A DNA stretch of 64,000 nucleotides from NCBI GenBank assembly GCA_020137815.1, contig CM035354.1, positions 4,278,001-4,342,000 of the forward strand, written 5' to 3'. Each line of letters begins with the position of its first letter. Positions within the stretch are counted from its first letter, which is position 1. A program made the translations under genes and the position numbers. This DNA comes from Hormiphora californensis (Eukaryota; Animalia; Ctenophora). This document shows positions 1 through 11,219 of this stretch, in pieces. The notes under the pieces were generated by a model. That model did not search any database. It was not told where the DNA came from and worked only from the letters and a program-made list of their open reading frames with translations.

Positions 1-76
1 ATACCACACCGTTTTCTCCCTGTAATAGTTTACTCCCCCCAAACCATTCCTTCCTCCGACACCGCTATGTATTTAC

Positions 77-3000
77 CAGAATCAATGATGAACCGAACCC
101 CGTCGATAGTTAGAGAAGTCTCTGCAATGTTGGTTGATATGATACATTTACGGGATCCAGGAGGCGCATAATCAAACACTTTCTGTTGTTCCTCAACGGA
201 CAGAGAACTGTGGAGTGGTAGTACTATCCAACTGTGGGGGAGATAACACGTGTAAATATACAATGTATTTAGCTGTTGGAGGAGGAGGGGTGTAGTAAAT
301 TTATTGGAGGAGGAGGGAGTGTAAAACGTGTAGGTAGTTTCCGTAACGACTGGTTTACTGAGTACACAACTAGTGTGATAGGGCACGCAATGTGTAACAG
401 GACATACAAACAGGATGGTCGAGTGGGTGTCGGAACATGTTCAGGGCAGGGTTGGCTCCAGGGGGAAGTGCGGGGAGTTCAGGGGAATGTTCAGAGGAAT
501 GTTCAGGGGTAGGTTCAGGGGTATGACATACTTGCCTTGTTCCTGGTCGTATTCCGTTATCGCTTCAGCGAGGGTCATGATCTCAGTATAGCCACTAGCA
601 AATATCAACAAATCACCTCTCTCGTCTTTATCGAACCTAACAATAGACAATTGTAAACTGGGCCAAACTATTCTGAAGAATTGTCACTGTGTATGACTGC
701 TATGTCCCGTATGCTGCGACACCGTTTGGAGAGGGCAGTCTTTTGTGAGACAACAAATTATTCGGCCACACGCTCGATAACATCACTTACTTTTGGTCTA
801 TCACTTGGAGGATAATTAAGTATGGCTGCGGATTAATTTTATCTGCAGTTGGTTTGTCTGTAGCAGATTCGTGGGTTGGACAGTACCTCACCTCTACAGG
901 GTGAACTCGTCCTGGCACTGTAATCAACGGTGCATCTGAAACAGAGAGTGGGGGAGTTAGCATGTAGTCAGTAAGGGAGGAGGGTACCAAGGTCGTGAGT
1001 GCGTAGCTTGTTATATTGTTGGTATGTAGTAACACAAGTAGATCGCTACATGTCCCATGCCGGGTATATATAAAAGGGGTTACTTGGTCAAATAATAACA
1101 ATAATAACCCCGAGTAATGAATTATAAAAACTAACTTGGGAGATATGATTTAAAGAGTTGTAAATTCATTGTAGCGCTCATCAATACAACTCTAATCTCT
1201 GGTCTCCGCTCCACGATACATCTGAGAATTCCCAGTAACAAGTCACCGTGCAGGTGCCGCTCATGAACCTGGAGGGGAGGGGGATCAGCAATGAATATAT
1301 CTTGGTACACAAGTTTGTTTGCGGGGAGAGAGGGTCGAACAAGGCAAGACGAAGTGTGGATGATGAAGCATGCAAGCTCGGAGATCCTGTCAACAGAGAA
1401 CAACACACGCGCGCTCAGTCTTTGAGTATGCGCGTGAAACTGCGCCGAGATAGCCAGATTTGGAGTGTCGCGCCATCCGTCCAGGATGATCTTGAAATGG
1501 GACAAAGTTTTCAAAGGTGGCAATGAACGGCACTCCTAATCAAAAAACTGTCATTCGATTATCACCTAACCCAAAACTTGTCTCCTAATCAACACTATTG
1601 TAAATGGCTACAAACTTAAGTAAAGTTTACTAAATTTATCCTAAATTTTGCATAACCCTTAGTAAAACACAAGGTTTGTTTCTATCCGGTGTGAGTGATA
1701 CATAAACCGCTCTAATACAGCTATGGAGGGTTGTATAGAGTACTTTATGCATCAAACATTGATCGCTCGTCCCCACGATAGGCAGATCTGTTCCACATGA
1801 CATACGGTACCACTCGGCGTCCAGATGCGCCACCCCATCGGGGGCGAAGCACGCACTGTTGACACCAAATTCAAAACATGTTCAGGCTACAGTCCTCTAG
1901 AAACACAACGAAACACAGGCAACCCAAGGGCACTGTGTAATGACACAGCTTGCCATTCTTTTTGGATGATTTTACCACATTTTGGGTTTTCTGTAGATGG
2001 AACCTTTTAGCTACAGAAAACCCAAAACCAACCAACCCAAAATGTGGTGAATTCATCCAAAATGTGGCGAAGTCGGAAACGCTCTGGTCGATACTCAATT
2101 ATCTAGTATCTAACCCATACCTCATCTAATATGACCAGATCGTATCCGTGGAGATCTGGGTCGTTTTGTAATTGTCGTAGAAGGAGTCCCTCTGTAAGGA
2201 ACCTCAACTTAGTTTTGGAATACAGCATCTGGTCAAACCTGACCTGGCGGAGGGAAGTATTCAGAGAAGGGACAAGGAGAATTGCAAATTGTGTCAAAAC
2301 TTCAATCTTTATTTTGATCATTCTGAATGAGATCTGAGCAAGAATTTATTTAAAAAATATTTCTACAATAGTTTACTTCTTGAATTAAACGACACACACT
2401 GCACTTCCGGCGTACCGAGGTGTATGAAAGATTAATTAATAATTCTTTTAATTAATTAATCAACTGATTAATTACCTGGTACCCAATATCCTGGCCATAT
2501 TTGTTGAATGTTTCCATAGCAACCCTGGTAGCCAGGGAGACGCAGGCTATTCGACGGGGCTGGGTACACGCTATACTCTCATACCCTGCTTCAAGAAGGT
2601 ACTGGGCAACCTGGGTACTCTTCCCACATCCCGTGTCACCTGAAGTGAGGGAGAGAGAGGTTAGGGGTAGGGGAGGGAGGTACTGGGCAACCTGGGTACT
2701 CTTACCACATCCCGTGTCACCTGAAGTGAGGGAGAGAGAGGTTAGGGGTAGGGGAGGGAGGTACTGGGCAACCTGGGTACTCTTACCACATCCCGTGTCA
2801 CCTGAAGTGAGGGAGAGAGAGGTTAGGGGTAGGGGAGGGAGGTACTGTGCAACCTGGGTACTCTTCCCACATCCCGTGTCACCTGAAGTGAGGGAGAGAG
2901 AGGTTAGGGGTAGGGGAGGGAGGTACTGGGCAACCTGGGTACTCTTCCCACACCCCGTGTCACCTGAAGTGAGGGAGAGAGAGGTTAGGGGTAGGGGAGG

Positions 3001-4304
3001 GAGGTACTGGGCAACCTGGGTACTCTTCCCACATCCCGTGTCACCTGAAGTGAGGGAGAGAGAGGTTAGGGGTAGGGGAGGTAGGTACTGGGCAACCTGG
3101 GTACTCTTCCCACATCCCGTGTCACCTGAAGTGAGGGAGAGAGAGGTTAGGGGTAGGGGAGGGAGGTACTGGGCAGCCTGGGTACTCTTCCCACATCCCG
3201 TGTCACCTGAAGTGAGGGAGAGAGAGGTTAGGGGTAGGGGAGGGAGGTACTGGGCAACCTGGGTACTCTTCCCACATCCCGTATCACCTGAAGTGAGGGA
3301 GAGAGATGTTAGGGGTAGGGGAGGGAGGTACTGGGCAACCTGGGTACTCTTCCCACATCCCGTGTCACCTGGGGGAGAGAGAGAGAGGTTAGGGCCCTTA
3401 GGGGTAGGGGAGGGAGGTACTGGGCAACCTGGGTACTCTTCCCACATTCCGTGTCACCTGAAGTGAGGGAGGTACAAGTTAGGTATTCGGACTAGGGAGA
3501 TTATGGGATCGGGGAGAGAGAGAGAGGTACTGGACCAGTACTACTGGTAATTGGATAGGGTATGAAGGTAGTAGGGCAAGATATGGAGGTAGTGGGTAGT
3601 GGGATGTGGACTAGGGAGGACTAGGGAGGTACTGGTTAGTTAGGTAGTGAGTAGGGGTTAGGGGAGGATTCAATCCTCAGGATTGAGGAAGTTACTGGCT
3701 AGGGGAGACCAGGGAGGGTGCCACTTGTTGATGGGAACACACGGGGTGTCATGCATTACTTCTGAAACAGCGAGCGTAGTAGTTGATACTTGTTAGACAA
3801 GTTGACAGTGAAATAAGGACATGAAACATTATGTCAACTACTACGCTCGCTGTTTCAGACAAACCAACAATGAAACTCACCAGCTATAATAGAGATAGAA
3901 TTCCTGTTGACAGTTCTGATGATATCATTTTTAAACCTGTAAATAGGAAGCTCCTTCTGGTACTCAATCTGTTTTATCACCTTGCCATAACTCTGTTTTG
4001 ATTTAAATCTCACAAAGTGCCTCAAACTATTGTGGAATTCAGCAGCCCTGCCTGGATCCTCCTGTTCGTCTCGCGTTGAGACGCACACAAAGGGAACTGT
4101 GTGGGATCTGTCGAATGGGCCACTAGGGATACCAAGGGGGGATGAGGAGGACTGATTTTCTGTAGTTGATGATGAGGGCGGTTTTCTTTTGGAGAGTTTC
4201 TGGAACTTTTCGTGAAATGTCCAAAAGTCCTTAAGGTCGGGGGAGCTTGGTTTTAGGTAGGATTTACCATGCACATATCCAAATGTGTTCCGTCGTTCTG
4301 ACAT
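77..4304 (-). CDS. DHX34: DEAH-box RNA helicase DHX34 (NMD-associated), 5' part; the gene continues past the left edge. Exons 4304-3881, 2639-2476, 2243-2121, 1268-1136, 935-791, 636-532, 231-77
   Basis: Spliced translation gives [10 protein letters not shown] (motif I), [66 protein letters not shown], all characteristic of DHX34; every junction is GT-AG and phase-compatible. Confidence 0.93.
1959..2062. repeat. Imperfect inverted repeat (hairpin or MITE remnant) in a DHX34 intron
   Basis: ttttggatgattttaccacattttgggttttctgtag ... ctacagaaaacccaaaa(...)cccaaaatgtggtgaattcatccaaaa. Confidence 0.6.
2598..3470 (-). repeat. 81-bp tandem repeat (10 in-register acceptors plus one outer copy at 89-bp spacing) spanning the DHX34 intron 1/exon 2 junction
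   Basis: Acceptor AG positions at 2640, 2721, 2802, 2883, 2964, 3045, 3126, 3207, 3288, 3369 and 3458; the unit translates as [27 protein letters not shown]. Confidence 0.97.
3761..3859. mobile_element. ~99-bp MITE-like element with 26-bp perfect terminal inverted repeats
   Basis: tctgaaacagcgagcgtagtagttga (3761-3786) / tcaactactacgctcgctgtttcaga (3834-3859). Confidence 0.6.
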
Positions 4305-4553
4305 GGCGCTAAGTAGGGATATTGGGTTTGAGAAATGATTGAAGAAAGAGATTGAAGGGAGCGAGGGGTTGTGTGGATCACACCGTACACTCTATGAGGG
4401 TTCGGTAGATCAAGGGAGGGGTAAACACTTATCAAAAAGATGACAATTCTAAATGAAGTTTTTATGAACGGATAAATAAATGCTATAACTTACAAAATCA
4501 ATCTAAAAATCTGGAGATGTAAAAAGTGGGTGGGTGACTAAAAAACTCTGTAT

Positions 4554-6004
4554 TTACACACTCTCTGATTCTTTATAATTCCTCTTCCGATCCTCCTTCT
4601 TCTCGTCACATCTTGTATCTGCGCTCTCATCCCCAGGGAGGTTGCTATCCTCCTCTCTAGCTGGAACCCTCTGTCCCTTCTTATCAAGCAGCCAGGGAGC
4701 AGTGAACACCATTAGAAGTGCACCAAGGGGAGCTGATACTAATATCACTATGACGGCCATTGTTAGGATCGTCCCAGCCCACTCTCTCTCCTGGCTCCCC
4801 TCCTCAGTCTGACCCAGCGCATAGGACCCAATGGCAGCCTGAACAGTAGCTTTAGGGATCCAGGAGAATGCCACAAATACCCGCTCTCTGAGTGTGAGGG
4901 TGGTGAAGGTAACGGAAAGGAGGGCAGCAGCCAGTCTGAACACAAGGGAGACAGATATCACGAGTACAGCTCTCCAGAGGAAGTCCCATGTTATCAGGGT
5001 TAGATCAATATCCCTGCCTACCAAACCGAATAGCAATGGCTCACCAACCCACCATAACCAATCGACCATCTCACTAACTGTCGCATCCCCTCCATCTCCC
5101 CAACCCTTCACAGCAGTGAGAGACATGATGATCACAGAGAGGGGTCCAGATCCGCTCATCCCTACCATGTCCATCCCGAACACAGCTGAGAGACCTAGAA
5201 GAAGGAGGAGGTAGAGTCGCAACCACCCTCCACCAGGGGGTAGAACCCATTGCAGAGTCCCTAGCAACCCTCCTAACAACACCCCTACCAACAACTCCAG
5301 AGGACCTATCAGGATTTGTAGGGCTAATGAGCGGCCTGTTGATAGGGCAGTTGAGAGACACACCATGAAGGCACTGATGGCTACAACGTCATCAAAGGAA
5401 GATGCTGATATGAGCATGGTGGCGATATTATTACTATCCACTTCAAAGCCCCTCCCCCGGATCCGCTCCAGACAGGGAACTATAATGGCAGGAGTAACAG
5501 CGGCCATGACAAACCCCAACATAAACCCCCATACCCAGGGGAGATCGAGAATGAGAACTGATAACCCGGCATATACCGCCGCTTCCACAAAACAAGGAAC
5601 AAATGCGAGTCTGAGGACTGCAAATCCCACTTTCCGGATCTCTGTAATGTCCAAACTGAGGCCTCCCTTCATCAGAATGACCATGAGGGACAATTTTTAA
5701 CTGTGCTGGAAAGTGCCACGGGGACATCTCCCAGGAATGTGTTAACACCAGGAATGTTCCTAAGGGCAATACCAACCAATAACATGCCCAACATGGGTGG
5801 ACAGGATATCTTCTCGCAGCACCATCCCACAGAGATGGAGAGGATTAGGAGGGAGATCAGAGAGAAGACCGGGTTTCCAGGTGCTATCACGCCACTAGAG
5901 ATAGTGTAGGGGGCGAGCAGGACCAGGAGGACAAGCAGCCAGAGGGTTAGAATGTTGAGGAGATGGACTGGACATCGGGAGAGAATCCAACTTTGGCAAC
6001 GCAT
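4554..6004 (-). CDS. SLC9B: Na+/H+ antiporter of the SLC9B/NHA (CPA2) family, intronless, with a 1-nt frameshift at ~5694-5698
   Basis: PPMLGMLLVGIALRNIP, ILMKGGLSLD, WVWGFMLGFVMAAVTPAIIVP, SSFDDVVAIS (DD motif), SWIPKATVQAAIG; adding one A to the A5 run joins ORFs 5672-6004 and 4554-5693 as ...SSTVKKLSLMVIL. Confidence 0.88.
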
Positions 6005-6332
6005 TCCTGGAGGGGGAGAGGGGGAGAGAGGGGAAGTTGAGGGAGGAGAGAGAGATAGGGAACAGGCTTAGAGCTAGGGATCGGAAAATAGATTGGAGAA
6101 CAAATGGTATATAAAAACAGTCGTTATGTTAGAAAAGTAATAATAATAAGTACTTATCTACAAATACAAATGTTCAATAAGTTACGAAGTATATTAGAAA
6201 ACTATAGCCGTCTTTCTAACACATGAAAATAAAATCCAAAGATGAAAGTAATAAGTTAGAACTCTAAAAGCTGAATAAATACTATCGTTATCCCTCTAAC
6301 TCAAATCATAATTACCGTCTGTTCCAGTCATA

Positions 6333-6773
6333 CTACCGGTTGGCTGAAAACTTAACAAATCCGGTCCGTTTGAGTGTGACAAGTATTACTAAATTGAGTA
6401 CCGCCCTGATTGGGGAGAGGATTGTTGATGTGACAGCGGCTAGGGAAACTGCAGCCTTGTCCCCTGTTAGGGACTCTACCTTCACACCCATCATTCCTCT
6501 CCAATATTCAACATCAATAACTGTCCCTGCCCAACTGAGAATCGTCTCCATTTCAACACCACTTGAAAATAACACAAAGAGAGTTCCAATTGAACTGGCC
6601 CAGGTACAGCAATCTAGTATCACATAATGCATCCCATATGTTCGAAGTGTCTTGCCCATCGACCAGGGGGCCTCTGGTTTTGGAAGAGAAAAGAAGCGGA
6701 GAGTCAGAGAGGGTGATTGTAGGGGTCGGATGAGAGGATATCGTAGTCGGCTGCTACAGAAATGTCGGATCAT
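6333..6773 (-). CDS. FAM210/DUF1279-like small membrane protein with a putative mitochondrial presequence
   Basis: Arg/Ser-rich acid-free N-terminus (MIRHFCSSRLRYPLIRPL), KTLRTYG...GVEMETIL and C-terminal SPIRAVL match the DUF1279 pattern; single exon. Confidence 0.6.
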   Translation of the reverse strand: MIRHFCSSRLRYPLIRPLQSPSLTLRFFSLPKPEAPWSMGKTLRTYGMHYVILDCCTWASSIGTLFVLFSSGVEMETILSWAGTVIDVEYWRGMMGVKVESLTGDKAAVSLAAVTSTILSPIRAVLNLVILVTLKRTGFVKFSANR

Positions 6774-6915
6774 AGTTTCTAACCTGTGAGACTGGGATTT
6801 AAAATAGGTTAATTTGGGAACACACAGCAATCAAACAACTCAATTATCTTGAATCAAATGCAACGTTTTTAAATACAGCGGTCAAGTAATAAAATTATTG
6901 TCTGATTTGATAGTT

Positions 6916-7411
6916 TCACATTCCCAAGTCCCTGCTCTTATATTTGATCCCTTGTCTCTCTAGCTCCCTCTGAACGTGAGCTGGCAGTTTTCCATTTACT
7001 GAAATCGCATACATTCCTCTTACCTAAGAGAAACACTAATATAACGAAAACGTAAGATATTAGGAATACTTTTGACATTGTGTGAGAAGTATGAACAACT
7101 CACAAGACCTCTGATCCTCTGCCATCGAGCAACCCAACTTTCATCTGGATTAGTTAGAGCTATCATCCCCTCATAGTTGGGAGAGGTGCAGTCGTACACT
7201 CGCTCTCTGTTGTTCCGGAGATTCAGCCTGAAGTAGAAGGAGGGAATTGTGTGATAGGAAATATGTGACCTAAAGTTAGACTCTTCCTGTGTCAAACTGA
7301 CCATTGCTCACAGTTGTCACAGCCGTCCGTCGTAAACTGTTCGGTGTTTTTAAGTAAAGAACACATCATACATGCTCGTATGTTATTCAAGTCCTTTGGG
7401 ACCACATCCAT
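6916..7411 (-). CDS. SUPT4H1: Transcription elongation factor SPT4; exons 7411-7302, 7227-7104, 7023-6916 (113 aa)
   Basis: MDVVPKDLNNIRACMMCSLLKNTEQFTTDGCDNCEQW-LNLRNNRERVYDCTSPNYEGMIALTNPDESWVARWQRI-GMYAISVNGKLP. Confidence 0.96.
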
Positions 7412-7439
7412 TTCAATGTTTCAGGCAGAAAACGAAACG

Positions 7440-8170
7440 CAAGAGACTTCGAAGTTGAAAATTTAAATTTCGAAACTTCAGCTTCAAATATTCGAAGCAA
7501 ATTTCACGTTTAAAAAAATCTTAAAACACGCGGCATTTTCTTGTTTTTAATGGAGCGCGCTAAAAATTTCAACATAACGTTGCATTTCCGTTGGAAAAAA
7601 TCGCGCGCGCGATTAAATCGAAAATGAATCTTTTTCGGCCAGCGTTTTATTATTTAAAATCTGGCCAGCGTTAAAATCTGTTGGCATGCGCTGCAGACCC
7701 CAAGTGCGCGCGTTTTCCACGCCTGTAGCATAGGCCAATCAAACTAGTTTAAAAGCGCTGCCTTATCCCGCGCTGCGGGGGCCAGCAGCGTTTGTCAATC
7801 AAACGAGTTGAAAAATGCTGCCTTATCTCACGAGTGTTTCTTTACTTTTAAATTTGGGACGTGCTACAGTCCCCTCGAGGAGCCCCTCGTTACAGTAGTG
7901 CTCCGTCATACTGGCCGCCCGCATGAGGTGTCACCCAAAGCGTTGTCCACTAAGCTTAGTACGTATCTCAATTCTTAGCTAAGAATTCTAACAGAGGCAC
8001 TGTTGTTTTTATCGTAAAGAAAACACCTCACTTGAATTATTCGTACTATTTTAAAGTCTTTCCTTTTGTACAAGTTTATTTTCAAGGTTGTCCGTTAGTC
8101 ATTCAATTATAGTACCACTTCTTGTCTTTCCTGTTTATGTGCGACTCACCAAATACCCGTAATTTTTCCA
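7440..8170. promoter_or_regulatory. Probable bidirectional promoter between SPT4 and the coiled-coil gene
   Basis: Divergent ATGs at 7411 and 8174; CGCG-rich tracts (aaatcgcgcgcgcgatt at ~7598) and an imperfect ~37-bp direct repeat at 7736/7796. Confidence 0.5.
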
Positions 8171-8173
8171 AAG

Positions 8174-11100
8174 ATGGGCGACTCAGACTATAGCATTCGA
8201 TCCAATCTGAGATTTGAAACGCCATCAAAAGATCGCTCTAGAAGGTAACACAGATTCAATATTTTAAATTAAATTTACTTTCTCCAAATGTCTAACAAGT
8301 CAGCGGTTAAACACACCATCTGTTCTAGGTCCAAAACCTCAACACCATACCGATTAAAAAGTGCAGAGAAGTACCTAAATAATACCAGCAGTAGGAGTGT
8401 TGTCACTGATCATGACAAATCGGATTATGATACCCGATATAGTCGGAGTTCATCACCACTTTTTCTACGGGAACAGATGAAGGTACAAATTACAAAAACA
8501 AACCAGTAGGTATCAGATGAAGGTACTTACTTAACTCCTCGATGCAGCTGGCTACCAACGTTTTATTAATCTCAACTCTTCCTAACAGATATCTCTTTTC
8601 TCACAGGCGGAGGCTCAGATCCGAGCTGAGAGGGATGCAGATCTAAAACATCTCCGCCGGTCGGTATCACCCAAACGTCCCAAGTCTCCCGGATCAAAGT
8701 CAAGTCCGCGGTCCCGGTCCACATCTCCGATTCCCCTGCGGTACTCCACCTACACACCGGCTACACCATACGAAGAGTACAAATCGGCGATAACAAGTTT
8801 GCGGAATCTGCGGGACAACCCCAGTTATATGAGATCTCCCCCGGGAAAGGAACGGACAGAGGAAAGCAACCCAAGCACCGATAGGATCATATCAGGTACA
8901 TAGTAATGGTGGAGCAATATAGGGCAATGTAGGGCATAGACATAGACGGGTTCCAAATTTACTTGTTCGTCTGGTCATCACATTACCCCGCTCTTATCAT
9001 TCCCTAGATTCTTGCAATAGAACTAAACTATCCCTAAACCACTGACAAAAGATTTTATAAGTTTTCAATAAAATCTAACGTGAATCTTGACTAGGTGCGA
9101 CTCTGGATAGTGGTATAGGAGTAGCAAGATATGGAGCAGCACAAGAGGTTGAGACAACACTGAACTATAGCAACAAATCTCCCCTGGGTGAGTGACCACT
9201 ATGTGCAGTGGGTTCGTATCACATTACCCCGCTCTTCTCCCCTTTCCATTCTCTCTCCACTGGAGAGTCTCCAGATCTCTCTTCCTCTCTCCATTCTCTC
9301 CTTACCTTACTAACTTACTCTCTCTTTTCTCTGAGCTGCTGTCGGGCGTTTTGGGGATCCAGGTGGCGCATATGCCACTACAGCTGCAGTAGCCGTTATA
9401 ACCCCTTATTCCCTCCCTCTCCATCCTTTTGTTGTTTCATTGCTGTTATTTGTATATCATGTCCCAACCAAATAATGACGGAGATCTCATTATGAGGAAA
9501 TATAGGAACTTACCCTGGCCCGTACTCCGGCATACAGATTTCCGGCCTAAATCCCCCGTTAACAACAGAACCAAATCACCCAACTTCAGTCAGAGTTTCT
9601 CCGCCACAACAGGGGCTGACCCGCCATCGTATAACCACTCTTTCCGGCCTATATCTCCCATCCATCGTCCACCAGAACGCCGGACAATATCTCCAGTAAA
9701 CAGGTCACGGTCACCCCCAGCTTCCCGGACCAAGATCACACCTTCCAGAACCCCGACCCGAAGAAGATCACCGGTATCTGGCACCAGGCCAACTCGTCCC
9801 GTATCACCAATAACCCCTGTCACCAGACCTACAACATCCCCTAAAACAAGAAGACGACCCCTCAGCCCTGAAATCATCCCTTCAAGGAACACACTATCTC
9901 CAGTGAAACCCAGAGAAAGATCTCTAAGTCCTGAAGTTGCAGCTATTAGCCGGAGAATCTTTGAAAGTATCGATGAGATGAGGAGGGATATGAACGGTGG
10001 TGGGGTATCAGATCTTTCCAGTACTCCCCAGTACAAAATGAAACAGAGACCGGAGAGAGACTTTGGGGCCGGACGAAATCCCAGGAGAAGCCCACGACGG
10101 GAGACAGTTGATATCTGTACTCGGGTCACATCACCGCTTCCTGTGGGCGATGTTACCGGGCAAGATGAGACACTCGCAGGTTGTGGGGACGGCTTTTATC
10201 TTATCATTGACATTTTATGACAATATGCCACATTATTTTAAATGGTCATCCTCACTTTTCTACAGTTGTTTTCACAGGTCATGTAACAACTCTCCACACA
10301 GGTACACTGAAGTCTCCAACCTGGCATAAGATGGACCGAGACAGTCTGCAGGATGCAGTAGAGGAGAGTGAACAGAGGAGAATGTTGTTAGTGAACCGAC
10401 TCAAAGATGCACAGGACACACTCAAGGTATCTTGTTCTTCTAACACAGTCGGACCCTAGACCCTATCTATCTATCTACAGAGTGCCTGGGCTTGCCAACG
10501 GCAAGCCCACAGGGGACTATCGCAAAGCGATATCGCCGGCCACCATCAGGAACTGACCACAGGACAGGTTCGCATTATAGGTGGCATCGGGTTTGGGAGG
10601 GTAAACTCCTTTACCCTAGACCCTAATGCTAATATCTTGCTCTTTGGTTGGACCCCGATATATCTTGCCCCCTGATATACCTGGCTGTTACCCTTCTCCC
10701 GAGCATGAGCAGCTTGGTAGATTCCGGGGTCAGACTTTATCTTGTCCTTAGAATTGGTCTTCTTCTTTCCCCGGCTTCTATCATGGCTCCCCCTTTGACT
10801 TTTAAAAGTTTGTGCGTGGAATGTTCTGGTTACCTCTGGTTACCTCTGCTACCATGGTAATATCGGGAACTGTAAACAGGCCGGGGTTTCAAATTATATG
10901 GAGGGTGCGAGGAGATCATTGTTGGGGTTCTTAGATGGAGTTTTGTCTGGTAACCATGGTTACCATTCACCGTATTCACTGAATACCTCAACAAGGGAGT
11001 TACTGTTTCAATTAGGGCCCTGCATCTTTGCACGTTGGTCGGCACTGAGTGCAGCAGCCATGATATATCAATTTTCCATTCCCTATCTGACCAAGGTGTG

Positions 11101-11182
11101 GTCCCTCATAATGTTACATGTAGAACAACAATCAGAATCCTTTCTATCTCTTTCCATTTACACGTATTCAACTTACAACGAC

Positions 11183-11219
<37 letters not shown>

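Noticed and set aside
2452-3466. 331-aa and 321-aa repeat ORFs as stand-alone genes, or the array as CRISPR
   Set aside because: Both ORFs are by-products of the 81-bp stop-free unit; the units have no unique spacers and the DNA is eukaryotic
5685-5705. Programmed ribosomal frameshifting in NHA
   Set aside because: No canonical X XXY YYZ heptamer in frame and no precedent in SLC9B; other indels in the window point to consensus error
9590-10129. Long antisense ORFs (also 36582-37133, 38694-39182, 62348-62857)
   Set aside because: Shadow frames of low-complexity Ser/Pro-rich coding exons with no independent signals
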